From Phoronis australis (lineage: Eukaryota; Animalia; Phoronida): a DNA stretch of 64,000 nucleotides. This document shows positions 38,970 to 52,431 of this stretch, piece after piece (position 1 is the first letter of the stretch; each line of letters starts with the position of its first letter). The DNA lies in contig NMRA01000837.1 in NCBI GenBank assembly GCA_002633005.1, forward strand, positions 62,001-126,000, in the 5' to 3' direction. Below the pieces are notes generated by a model. That model was not told where the DNA came from and searched no databases. It saw nothing but the letters and a program-made list of their open reading frames with translations. A program made the translations under genes and the position numbers.

Positions 38970-39827
38970 AGGTAAAGCAACCCCTTTTCATGCCATTTTT
39001 AGTAAAAAAAAGGTTCGTTGATTATCCCAGACATATTTTTCATTTAATTACAACTTTTTGTAATTTAAACAATTACTTGTCCTTTACTCCAGAAGTGACG
39101 TTTTGGGAGGCAAGTATTTCGCGCCAATTTCTTTTGTGAGAGCTGCCGAGTCAGTCATTGTTCTACCTCTGTTGTGATTAGCTTAATTGTCGTTTGGTTT
39201 TGTTACAAGTCAGTCAACATGCTACTCTGTTGCTGCGTACCGAGATGTACTCATTATCGTCTCACGGACAGAGGACACACTCCCACTGGATAGTGACTTG
39301 AACACACAAACTGTTTACACCCCGCCGTGTGACTCCCTCGCCACACACCTGGCATGTTTTAAATAGCTCCAATACTTTAGACAAGTCCTCAATAGACTTA
39401 TCAAAGTTTGGCTCATCGATCTATTCTTTGGATGACGAACTATCCTCTTCACTGGGTGTCGAACGGGGCCTGTTTTCACTCCCTCTACTCATCATCGCAG
39501 CAGGGCTGCTTACAGGCTCTGGGCGATAATGAGTACATCCAGGTACGCGGGAAAAATGTGGCGTGTTCACTGACTCGTAAACAAAAGCAAACTACAACCG
39601 AACTTGTCACAGCCTAGGTATAACAATGACCGACTCGACAGCTGTCAAAGTCACACTATATGAAAGGAAATTGGCGCGAAATTCTTGCCTCCTAAAACGT
39701 CACTTCCGGAGTAAAGGACGAATAATTAATGAAATTACGAAAATCTGTAATTAAGTGAAAAATATGTCTGGGATAATCAAAGAACCTTATTTTTGCTAAA
39801 AATGACACAAAAAAGTTGCCTTTCCCT
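38970..39827 (-). mobile_element. Kolobok-type internal-deletion DNA transposon with long TIRs and a transposase remnant
   Basis: Imperfect TIRs longer than 200 bp (e.g. TCCTTTACTCCAGAAGTGACGTTTTGGGAGGCAAG and CTTGCCTCCTAAAACGTCACTTCCGGAGTAAAGGA). TTAA on the left, TTAT on the right. Minus strand 39417-39262 encodes LSKVLELFKTCQVCGEG...QVTIQWECVLCP. Confidence 0.75.
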
Positions 39828-42231
39828 TTATTAGGCCTCTATTCCTTACCGTAACAGTATTTATTTCCCGTTACCAAATGACGTCACACGACAATAATGC
39901 GGTCATATACGAATTCGCAAGTTTAGGTTGGCCAATCTTGGAAATCTTTGATGAAGCACTAACTTGAGTCCCTGATGTTTTCGATGTTCTTGTTGGTAAT
40001 GGAAACCTAATTAGATCATGATTGTATCATGACACCAATTTTACATGAGTTAAAGAGCTAATTTGATTTTCGTTTTTAGCCAGTTGCCGAACAGGAATGC
40101 AGCTTTAAAATATTATCGGACAGACGTAAAATGGAAACAAATACTTGAATAGTGTGCTAATTTCTAGCCAAAATCGTGTCAAAATGTACCTCAAGGGAGA
40201 ACTGGTGCGTAATTATACTAATGTACTAATGAGGGTCCAAGGTTGTGCTGTGCACGTTCAGTGTACTTGGTTTCAACTGGAAGTTAGTGCTGATATCCTG
40301 GGCTTCGATTGTTTAGGTGCCTCTAAGCTAAGCACTACATCATTTTGTATATTCTGCCTGTGACTGTAATTTAAGGGACCGTACCTTGAATTTAGTGTCG
40401 CGGCCTTGGAATCATTTCCAATCTCTGTCTACACTCTCTTCAGAATTTTCTGAAAATTTAGGTGATTTACTGATGAACGTGAAGAGCATGGGGGTACATT
40501 TATGCCCATAGGAGCACACTTCGCGTGTATCGATTAGTTGTCCTTTGAAAATTCTCGAAAGCTGAGGGGGACTCTTAGCCGAGAAGTTAGCGCTTGATCG
40601 AAAATTTTCAAAATCTGGGGGAGGTCACTGCGCTTACTTGAACATGAACGCATGCTTACGGCTGAGACCATTTAGGGCACTTTTTATCTTTTGCCCAGTT
40701 CCATAAGAGAACGTCTAAGTTGATATCGCTACTGTCTAGGATAAAAGGTTCCTCCCTCCAGACAATTCTACAATATTCATTAATTTCTGACTTTGACGGC
40801 TAGTTAAAGAATGCTTATTTCATTTTGATTTAGATTTTAAGAATATTTTCGGGTTGACTCGCTTGTCAGTTACAGACCGATTTATTCGTGAACAAAGTGA
40901 GAACCACGCTTACTGATGAGGTGAAAATATTATTGAAGATAGAATATCAAATTGTTCTTGATAACTTTTACAGATTTTGTGACATTGAGAAAAGACCGAA
41001 CACTCGGTCCCTCTCTGTCAAGGTTTGTTGTTATTGTACAGTTATTATGATCACCACCGCACGGTAGTAGACTATTGCAAGCCGAGAACCAATCGTTTTC
41101 CAAAAATGTAATGCTGCATTTCGCCCTGTTTAGTTGGTTAAAGCACGCAGACTCGAATCAGGACATTTACTCTCATGAAATCGATCTCATAATACTCTTG
41201 ATCGTGATAGATGTCCACAAGCAACAAGATCATTGAAATCATCTTCGACTCGAGAAAATGCTTTAGAGATTATTGGGGTTAGACAGCTCTTAAATTGAGA
41301 AATCGAAAACGGTGCCTGTCCGTATAGGTTGTGAACAGAATTGGTACTGGAAATGGAATCCAATCATAGTATGGAATATTGGCAGACAGATTTTGTGAGA
41401 ATAAGAGGTTTAATTCGATTTTCAAGGCGAAATGTAGTTTTAATTTTGAATTATGATGAACAAATAAGAATCAAGTCAATTTAAAAACAATAAGGACGAG
41501 CCGCAAGCTCAGTTCCTTGACTATGAAATAACAAATTAGACAAAATATATTATAATAAAACAAATTCATAAGAGAAACCCAAACTAACAAGCAAGGGATA
41601 TGTGAATCCCTCAGCAGTAAATTGAAGACATTTAGATCGACAGAATATGTATTCTTTTTGACGCAATGAGGGTATGCTCCGGACGTAAGTTATAACCAGC
41701 GTCATACGATAGACTTTGAAAGTTTTTAAAAACCCCAAACACAAGTTTGCGAAATCTATCAACTTCAAGTATATCGGAATAGTTTGTGCAACTTAACAGG
41801 TCAGGATATGGGCTAGTAAAGACATTTGTCATTTTCAAGGCTCTATAAGTTACTGTACGTTTTTTAAAACAGTATTTGTCATTGATAGCACGAAATGAGT
41901 TGTATGAAAGTAGCACACGCTATGTATAAGGATGTCTTCTATTTCTGGAAGTCGAACTTGTATTTTGACCGAAACCAACACTCCCCTTTCTGGATGTCAT
42001 CCGTTCCCTCCCGGTCGTCAACGCTGCAAAGTTACTCAACCAGATCGCATGTTGTATACAAGCCTAAGTTAGTTGATGTCTTTTCGTTATATATGTTTTG
42101 CCTCACAAAAATACCAAATCTATCGCAATAACTATTTATTTACAGAGGTTCTGTGTGTACATACATGCACCCATCACAATCAAACTCCATTACGAACGTT
42201 TGTGAATACATTTTCAATGCACGCGAATTTC

Positions 42232-44590
42232 TTACTGAAAATTAGACAGCAGACGATATTTTATTAAACTTTGCGCTGAGTAGTGCCATGCGAGCAACGC
42301 GTTTTCCTTAGGGTTATAACTAAGACTGACGAACCTGTGGTCTTTGTCGTAGGTGTGAAATTTGATGGAGTGGCTCTTCTGTTGGTATGTAACAGAGTCG
42401 AAAGAGTACTGAATGTAGTTCGACGACGAAGAATAGTGGTAGGTGGAGTAAAGTGTACCGCAGACCATGAACGCGTTTCCCTGGGTATGCTTAACAACAG
42501 AAGTTCGCCACGTTTGCAATTGTACTAAATTATCAGGATCTAGTTTACTGAACGCCATATATCTGTTACCAGTTGAAGATTCCGGAAATATGACCCACAA
42601 ACCCCGTTCATCTACCTCAAAGTCAATTTGATCGTACAAATTGCCATGTTCATAGTAACCATAACTATATCGAGCGCCATGTGCCCCACTCAGTGTGCGC
42701 TCTACGATTTTGCCGGTTTTAAGATCGTATCGAACCATTACATTACTATTATACTTGTTACAGTAAAACGCTCCTTTATACACAACGTGACCCATGCCGT
42801 CACATGAAAATGGCAGTGTGAAAACTACTGGGTTCTCGTTGGATTTTAACGACGCTTCGGATTTATATTCTAAGAGCTGGCTGACACTACTATAACCCTT
42901 AGTTATCCACACTTTATCGTCGTCCGAAGCTGCGTCCTTCATCCACACACCAGTGTTACCCAAGCTGTTGTCTTGGTAGATAACTTCTGCCTCACCTATG
43001 GCATCGAAGGACCGTCTACAAGACTCTGGAATACACGATACTTGGCGTGTGAATTGCCTCTTCGCCATTTTGTTTCGATGATCATCATATACTAACGGCA
43101 CTTCTGTTAAACTTTCGACGTTTTTGTTTAGCTGGCTAAACACGACAGTCGAATTAGATCTTTTACTCTCATAAAATAAATCTCATATTCTCTAACTTTA
43201 TAGGATTCAATAACAATTGCTAACAAAAATTCTTGGGCCCGTTGGCCAACCCTAAAACTGCGAGTTCTAAAATGGCTCATAAATCCATTGCCTGTGATTT
43301 GAGCAGAAGACACAAATAGTACGTCATACTCAACAGTCATGCCTGCCGCATACTTTAATGCCAAATATGGCGGACCCGTTATATAGTGCATTCCTAAATG
43401 TTACACTCAAGTGCATCCGTGGTTGAATTTCGTATACACTACGGAAGAATCTCGCGAAGGAAGCTTAGTGAATAACAATAGCTGTAATGCCAGGTTCTCG
43501 CGTCCACCGGCACGCACGTCCGGCTAGACAATACACTGCCCAGAAACAGTCACGTTTCCATGGTGAACGCTCTTTATGGTACTTTTAACGCAGTGAAAAA
43601 GTATGTGAATTAAAGTTCGTAAGTCAGGCAAATTCGCATCGCCGGGATAAAAATTGCAATGACTTTTGTAAACGTTTGATCTACAGTTTCCACGTCAGCT
43701 ATTTCTCGTACATGTAAATAAATGAGAAAACGAGTTACCTGATGTGATAGATTTCTGCAAGTTGTAGTCCAGCTGAAGGGACTGTAGTTCGTGTTCAGCC
43801 TTCGTGTAGGAAATATGAAGATTTCTCAACGACTGCGTGGCAGTAAGTAGATCAAGAGTCATTTGCTGACATTCACCATCGGGTTTTGAGGGCACTGTAG
43901 GGCCAGGGCTCACAGTCTTCGTTACCTTCGGGCAGGAGTCTGTAAGGTTCTTGATTTCTTCTCGGAGGTCTACGATGTTGTTGCTGCAAATTGCAATTAA
44001 AGATGTCATATTTCACATATGAGTTGGGAGGAATTTTCATGTTGCGATAAGTGGGCTAAGTCAGCCGCTCGATTTGGCGGGACAGGACGCGAGTTTACAG
44101 CAGATGAAATGAGTATCTTTTAAAAAGCTTGGTTGTCACAGATCCAATAGTATGATCATCAATGATTTTGTATTATACGCAGAGCGTGACCATAGACAAT
44201 AACGAACTGGCTGTTTTCCAAGCCAAGACCAGAAACTACTCGCCTAGGTTATTTATGCACCACTGAACACCAGCTATAGAGGTTTATGTGACTGAAAGAA
44301 AAACGATCCTTTTTGGGCAGGTGGGTTTATCGTAGATTAATTTTGGTTTTAGCTCACATTTCAGATAGAGCATGCACTAACGATACAGGAGAACACTTAC
44401 TCAGTTACGGGACTTACCTTTGCTGGCGAATAACCTGAACCAGAGTTTCCGTCTGGCACTTGTCACCGGAAGGAATAAAAACGAGGAGTCCATTGGGCAG
44501 TCTGTGGGCAACGTTTGAGCTGGGAGTAATAACTACTTGGCCAGAAGATAGTTGTAAAGCGACACCGAGGATTAGTGTATGAAGCAGCAT
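42232..44590 (-). CDS. Secreted coiled-coil plus olfactomedin-domain protein (OLF-A), 403 aa; exons 44418-44590, 43739-43983, 42232-43025
   Basis: Signal peptide MLLHTLILGVALQLSSG; heptad-like segments; OLF motifs GVWMKD, CDGMGHVVYKGAFYCN, IDFEVDERGLWVIF, SKLDPDNL, GNAFMVCGTLY, LSYNPKENALLAW. GT-AG introns in phases 2 and 1. Confidence 0.9.
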
Positions 44591-47500
44591 GTTGGTTGTT
44601 TTAATCAAGCTGTTACTGCTGTCCATAGACAACTCTATATTCTAAAAACGGTGTACCGATGATGGCTTATAGTTTTGTGTAAACTTCGTCTGATTGGTGG
44701 AATAGAATGTATCTCCGTTCATCTCAAGCTGCGCTCCGCCCATTTATCTAGGGCTCAACTTCTTATCATAAATCCAGTAACAACTTCTCGATGCTTGTAT
44801 CAACGGAATTTACCTGTTTCTGAATCAATTTTAATTGTCGCTGTACTGTACTTGTATTTAATAAACCTTCAGTGAATTTGATTGAGGTATAAGCTTCTTG
44901 TCAGTCCTCATTTAGTTGATCTCTACTGCCTTTCTTCAAAGAACCCAAATGTTGAGGGTCAGCTGACTAATACAACAACGAGACCATTACTCTCTCCCGG
45001 TCAAAACCCGTTTCACTTTTGCATTTGTCCCCATGCTCCTTAAAAAGAACTCCCGGGTTGCTATTCGTTTCGTCCTCCCACCAAGTCGTCAACAATTTCG
45101 CGTTTGATTCCCCGTTGAATACTTTTGCCTACGCTAGAGAGCATTTGCATAACAAAAACTACTATAAGACCCTGCTTTCGTCAAAATAACTTTTAATTTA
45201 GATCAATAATAGTTATGAACGTGGTACCAACTTTTTCCTTTATAAAATTAGAGGTAATTTCTGGGGTTCGTTATTTCTTGAGATCACTTTCCATGCGCGC
45301 ACCTAGCCTAAAAATGAGGGGGCTCGAACTTTTGAGAACGTGGACCTTCACAGGATTCACAGGACACGTTCAGAGATATGAATTGTGCATTCGCCGAATT
45401 TTGGTAGTTCCGGGGTTTTTAGCGGACTTTTGTCTCGTTTTCTACCTTTTCGGAGTTTTTGATTATCTGAGGGGGACCTTTTTGCTCACTTCACCAAATG
45501 GAGGGAGCCCTCCCCCTGGGTGTGCGCATGCGTTCAACAAGTTGGCTTGTCACGGTGTGTCGTGTTGTGCACCGAGCATACTCTCAGTCGTTTCCAAGTC
45601 CAGAAATCAATCAACATCATCTCCGAATGCCACAACATTAGACTACCAAGCCTTAAATAATTTTCGGTCCCACATAAATCGTCCACTACAACATTATAAC
45701 TAAAGTAAATGAGTTTTCGCAATATTTGCAGTTCGGGCAATTATATAATTCTAGTGCACAAAACACGAAGCAGCAAAGAAAGTGCGCAACAACCTTAGAC
45801 TTTCAAGTGTTTTGTAGTCAAATCAAGTATTCTGAGAAGTATGAGAAAATAACAAGAAAAATATTTGTTCTAGTGGAGATCATTTGATAAAAGTGACAAG
45901 TGTGGTTTCAAATGTTCGAATGACCTAGATTTTAAAGAATAATTTAAAAGTGATGTAAACATCATTGATAAAAATATTTATTTAGTTTATCTTTGAGATT
46001 TTAAAGTATAGAGTTCAATTTGTTGTGGTAAAGAAGACGTGTTGGGAACTGAATTTAAGATAATTAGTCATATTTTTAGACTATGTTTACGCCATACTAT
46101 CTGGTTTGAGAACTTTAGACCTCCTACATAAATATGACTGAACTTGTTTTGTCGTATTTGGATAATGTCCAGATTTAATCATGGATGAAACACGCACACG
46201 GAAATACTAAAGCGAAGAGTTGATAATTATGGTTACAAACCAATGATACTAATAAAAATAGATATCATGATTCATCAATTTGAATGGAACGATAAACAAT
46301 CTCGTGGGTTGGTTGTTCGCCAGGCAGTTAATTGTTTATTATGGTTAAACGAGGTTTGAAAACCGAGTTTTGGCACCACAATAGGGGCGTGCCTCCGACG
46401 GGATGATGGTGACGCAAGCGGCCAGAGCTGGAGAGACTATACAAAACTGGCAATAACTGGCCCGGCACTATTCTCTTCCGTCTATGGCGGCGCTTATCCC
46501 AACTACACTACTGTTGGACTCCTTTAAACTTACCTATTTTTGCGATGTAAAAAAGTAGTGAAACCTCTCACTTATTCATAGAGAAGGTGTTTAGAGTCAA
46601 CATGTGTTTTCAGTGATACTTCTCTAAAAAGTTATGGTGGTAAGGAATTGCTTTTCAAAAATGCCTTGGGAAAAGAACACCGCTAGAACTCAGTTTACTT
46701 TTGTCGAAGAAAATACAGTTCCACATATAACGTTGGTTATGCTTATTGTGCAAACTCTAGAAGTTACATCAAACAAACAAGTTTATTACGCTGGCTGTTT
46801 AGTTGACTAAAAAGCGAGAATGGGTCTCAAAATATTTCATATCTTGACAAGATATTCAATTTCCGTTACCAATAAAAACATCGGAACCATCAGCGACCCC
46901 ACGAAAGCTCTTCATTAGGGTTTATTGGGCTTGACCAAGTGAACCCTAAAATTGCGAAATTTTGAAAATGGCGCATTTACGCATTGCCTCTCATTTGAAT
47001 TGGTAACGGAATTAGCACCCTAGCACGACAAGGAGACTGATTTTACCAGAGTAAAAGTCCTAATTTGATTTTCGTTTTATAGCCAGCTAAAAAGGACGAA
47101 ATTCAAATTTAATACACGAATTTCCGTAATTCTAATGGAGAAGCTGGGTGATACCTGACACTTTCTAAAAACTTCGACAGATTGATTCACCCACATTAGG
47201 CCCATTTTGTCATCTTTTGGCCCATAAACGCATTGGTGAAAACAAAGGGTATGGTAGAAATGTGGCAATGAATTGGACACAGACTTGAATTAAAGAATGT
47301 ATTTTGTTTCGCAGGCAGAGATGGAGCACTCTGGCTCCATGAATGTGGCTGCACAAAAGGCTAGTACACTCCACTAGCACTCCGATAATTTCTCTGACAC
47401 ATGTTTTTCACGTGAAGATCTTTTATTGTCAATCTTTGAATGATCAACAATCTAAGGCATTTTCACGGTAGTTATAAATTGTTTTGCAGCCCGGTTTTGC

Positions 47501-48067
47501 AACTGCGGATTTTATACTCTGTTACGGTACATGAACAATCTCAGTTTATGATTTGCAAATTTACCTTTGTCCTCTGCTGCTCAGCAAATGCGGCGGTTTA
47601 AAGTATAAAAATCGTTTTTTACAGATAATGCGTACCTTAAAATGTGGAATACTACATTTTGAGAAAAAATAATTGCCATGTCAAATTACTCAAGAAATAT
47701 TTTCCTTCAGCTCTGGGCTCACGGACTTCTTCAGGTGAAAACCTTTATAATTAGATATAGCTGTATTGTAAGGGAAATATTTGGTAATGCTGTAATATGT
47801 GCAGATTTGCTAACGAGTTGCATTTTTACACGGATGCGTTGTGTCTGTAGATGTATTCCATATGTTTCTGAAGTTATTAGGGTTGTAGGCTACATTCTAT
47901 AATTGTTGAAATAAAAAATAAAACAAGTGAGATGTATGTTGGAATAGAAAAGGAAAAGCAACAGGTCATTAAGCAATGCATTGCAATGAATCACAGCATA
48001 CTTATTAAATGCATTTTTATTACAATATGAAGCTAGGGGTTTGCACCTTCTTCCTATATAGGATTCT

Positions 48068-48458
48068 AATCTCTAACCCAGACTCAACTAGGAGTTGAGC
48101 CTGGTGTAGATCTGCTACATCTGGTTCTCTATTAGCCAATCACAAAAACCAATGCTTTTACAACTTATTATTAACCCAGTTACTAAATGAGATGAAAATT
48201 GTGACGATCGCCGTACCAGCAAATAACAAGTCACTTGAGCGGATAGAATAATATCTCAGAAAAGGAACAGCATGCAACTGAAAACTTTAAATACACATTC
48301 GTCACAGAAGAATTACATAAAACGGGAGAAAAAAACGACATCTTGAGATTTACACCCAAATCATATAATGCGCAGCTTACTATAGTAAAAATTGATCGAA
48401 TGACCTCGTTTTCAAGATCTACACCAGATTGAAATGTACAGTCTGGACTCGAGACTAT
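48068..48458. mobile_element. Short palindromic MITE-like element
   Basis: TAATCTCTAACCCAGACT...CTGGTGTAGATCT on the left mirrors AGATCTACACCAG...AGTCTGGACTCGAGACTA on the right. Confidence 0.6.
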
Positions 48459-49652
48459 ATGATTTCATAAGCTTTTGTTTTATAGTGCGCGTGCGCAAAC
48501 AGTCCCCCCAAAACAAAAGCCTATGGGACTATATTCGATATTTTTTTGAAATATAAGAATTTTGGCTTACTCTTTGTGCCACAATTAAACATTCCATGGT
48601 TTGTTTGGTATTGAAGCAAAACAAGATTTTGTAAGAAACACTACACTGTTTACTTTCGCACGTCTATGACTGTCTATAAGATAAAGTTTAAGTAAGGTAC
48701 CATCAATAACATAATCCTCTTTTGAAGGTGATATAATCCATGTTCTACTTTTTTCATAGGCACATCTGCTCTTCAAAAGCAAAGGCAATTTGTTCTTATC
48801 CTTTGTTTGAACTGAAATTGGTTACCGTAGGTCGCCGCAGTGGCACTCCGTGAAAGTCATTTTGCCTTGACCACTGAACTCACTGGTCCTGGCCGGAAAC
48901 AATGAAGACCCATTCGTTCTTTTCAAAGCTAAAATCATTTCTAATCAGAGTAAGAGACAAAATGACACTAATTTCATAACCACATTTTGACCAAATGCGC
49001 GGGTTTGTTTACCCGGTATCTACACACCAGTCGTAATTCTATGTCGATGCCGCTGGGATATTTTCCGTGTATAGGCCCCTTGTTTCGAAACGGGCTTACA
49101 TTCAGAGAGTGAAAACGTTTCCTCTTAATTCCACCTTCAATCGCCTAAGTAACCGTTCTGGACCGGCAACCTCCAAACCTGCGGCACATTCAATACCTGC
49201 GTCCCCAAACTCAACACGAATATACTCCATATCCGGTTGTGATCAAACTTTTAAAATATCCGGTGGACCAGAGAACAAAGACTGTTTAAGAATCTGGTCT
49301 CCGGGTACGGAGTTTGGTCACAAGGTATATATTTTTTCGGGGCTTATTTGGAATTTAGGGATATGGGTATGGAATTTGTGCCGTTGGTTTTGTGTGTGCT
49401 AGTCCATGACTGAGGTTATGGGGATCGTAGCTGGAACTAAAATGGGTCCCCGGAATCGTTGCCACTCCTTGATATTTAGAGTACTAGAAAGGCGAGAAAT
49501 GTTCCATTTTCCATACATAAGCTCTGGGGCTTAATGTCAGGAAATCCCTGTAAGGACATTCAGCCTGAACGTCTCGGAAGGAAACAAAACTTAGTTCAAA
49601 ATATTACTTTAACCTCGACATAATACATAGCTTGATATACAAAACACGGATG

Positions 49653-51223
49653 CTACTGAAACGAAGACAGCAGAGGGTATCTAATCAAACTTCCGGAATA
49701 GTAATGCCATGCATAAAGTGCCCTCTCTTTGGAATTGTAACTCAAACTGGAAAACTGATGGTCGTACTTGTATGTATGAAACGGGATCTGCGAACTAGGG
49801 AAACTTTTAGCCGTAAATGTAACAGAGTCATATGAATAGCTAACATAATTGGACGTACTGCTGTATGACGCCATTGTATACAATTTTCCGCAAACTAAGA
49901 ACGCCTCTCCGTAACTCCTTTTTTGCACACTTGTGCGCCACGAATGCAAAATATTCAAATTGTCTGGGTCAATCTTACTGAAAGTCAGTTGTCGTCTACT
50001 ATGATCAGGGTTTACGTAAATTACCCACAACCCAAGTTCATCCGCGGCAAAATCAATCCCGTTGTACAGCGTCCACTGGTAACTTCCCGGGTAACCATAA
50101 CTGGAATGGTAATACCGGCCCGTAAATGTGGGTAAATCTCGATAGATAACCTTCTGTGTTTTAAGATCGAAACGCATGATGTCATCAGTGTTGTACTGAT
50201 TGCAATAAAAAGCTCCGTTATATACAACGTGACCCGTTCCATCACAGCTAGTTGGTATGGTGTATGTTTTTGTGGGTTGATTTGCAATTAAATGCGATTC
50301 TGTCTCGTACTCAACGAGTTGGTTTACACCGCTGTACCCCGCCATCACCCAAACTTTATTGTCGTCTGCTTTCGGGTCTTTCATCCACGCGCCGATTCTA
50401 CCATGTTGTTCGTACACTTGGTGAACGATCTGCCCCTCACCAACGCCGTCGAAAGGTCGGACACAGCGACCTACAATAACCACACAAGAAAGGCGATAAC
50501 TTGCTAAATGAGAGCTTTTAGCCCAGTTGACATCCTTCCTGTGTTTATCAGAATAGAGCGCATAAGATTTTAGCAGGCTATGAATCGGACGTAGGTAAAA
50601 GAAACATGATATCGATAAAGTAAAGAGCATGATGAAAGATTAATGTTTGAGGCTATCTTCCACTCAGAACAATAAAGTTTGAAACCTATAGCACAAACAT
50701 AGCTTCGGTAGTCTCCTCACTAAATCGAAGAAACAAACAACTTTTAATGAATTATAAAACAGTAGACCAGAAGGAAAAAACATGGCTATAGCTAAGACTT
50801 ACGACTTCGAATCGCTCTGTTCTTCTGATATTCCTTCTTCATGTCTTTCAAACGTAGTTCACTTGTCGTTAACTTCACACTAAGCTCTACCAGCTTTGTT
50901 GACGTTTCATTAACTACAGTCTTCATGGCTTCTAAACATTTGGCAGGAGGTATTTCCGTAGGCTTTGGCGTTGTCTTTGCAAGACCGACATTTGGACAAA
51001 TCTCATTGATGGACGAAACTTTCATTGTCATGTCTTCGATGGTTTTTTGCTGCTTCGAAGCTACAGCTGCAAGTGTGGGGTAACTTCCGTTCTTGCACTG
51101 ATCGGACGGAACAAACAGAAGAATGCCGCTCGGTAAACCTGCCACTAGTTCTTTCTGGGGATTTACAAGAATTTGTTGGTTAGATGCGGATAGTATACTC
51201 ATAAACACTGCTACTGCTAACAT
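49653..51223 (-). CDS. Secreted coiled-coil plus olfactomedin-domain protein (OLF-B), 412 aa; exons 50803-51223 and 49653-50470
   Basis: Signal peptide MLAVAVFMSILSASNQ; N-terminus homologous to OLF-A; OLF motifs GAWMKDP, CDGTGHVVYNGAFYCN, IDFAADELGLWVIY, SKIDPDNL, AFLVCGKLY, LSYNSKERALYAW. Phase-1 intron C|GTAAGT...TGTAG|GT. Confidence 0.92.
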
Positions 51224-52431
51224 TTTGTATGTCGACGTTGGTCTGCTTATGCTTCATTCACTGGTCAACAACAATGTTGTCTCGCGACCGTACAAATTTG
51301 TTAGGTCACTCCGCTTGCTATTGGTTGTTGATAAGTACGTAGGTCAACGCTTAGCACGCTGTTCTTTACATGAATTTATTCATCGATGTCGATATACTCG
51401 GGAGCATCCTGCCCAGGTTTCACACCCTATTTAAACGTATAGATGGCAGATGGCCAAAAAAGCTTCAAGGACCGTGATCTGCTCGCGCATCCCATGGAAC
51501 CCCACAAATTGACGCTTTACAATACAAAATTACGTTGCCACCGCAGCAACAGTTTTGTACAGGTTAACATTTTTATAACAATCAAATGGAATTTTTGTTT
51601 AAAGTTTCAGTTTACCAATATGGTGCAATAGCTTAGACGAAAGGAAAGTAATTGTTCACTATCACGAGCTTTGCGCGTAGACGTGCAAGTCTTTTCTGGA
51701 GCCCCAGTTTACTTTAACAAAACGTTAGTTGTACTCATATGACTTCATCGAGACATTTTGTATTCCTTCCCTTCAGCCTGTAAATGTTGTACATACCATC
51801 CAGGCGGTTTTGTTAACTTCGCAATTATCAAAGCCAAGATTAAAAACTATTTTGCTTTTGCATGATTGCAGATGGCAAGTCTACAGTTGAAGCCGTTTGT
51901 ACTATATTTCTGAACATATTGTCATGGCACAAAATATTCCTTCAGGAATCGCATGTCACTTTTAGACAGTTTAGACATTTAAAACTTGAGTGCTATCATA
52001 TTTTACTAATACAAAGTAGTAACATATTACCAGAAAACAATGACATTTTTGCAAAAAAAATAGACAGTGCTAAAGTTTGATGATTATCCACTTTTGATCC
52101 ACGCAAAATCACTGTCTGAGTATCATGACACCTAGAAGACACATTCGATCGAAGCTAAATAAGACTAATGAGATGTTTTTGATTCATGTTGGACAACTAA
52201 ACTTATAACCTTTGGATCGTCATTGAGCTCAAGTGTCTCGACCACAAAATTCAACCCTGGATGCTTATCAAATGAAGAACACTTCGTCAGTCACAGACGT
52301 CAATCACTTAACCCCGCCTTCATGTTATCTTCGTAACCAAACAAAATATCACCAGAAACTTCCAACGGACAACAAAATCTTTAGAGAGTACAGTGGGGTG
52401 CAGACCAATTTTAAGAGGTCCCTACAACAAA

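Noticed and set aside
43026-43143. N-terminal extensions of the OLF ORFs in the track (also 50471-50630)
   Set aside because: These are intron sequence upstream of clear phase-1 acceptors. The true N-termini come from upstream signal-peptide exons.
45215-45703. 162-aa ORF between OLF-A and OLF-B
   Set aside because: It overlaps repeat-like sequence and shows no recognisable protein features.
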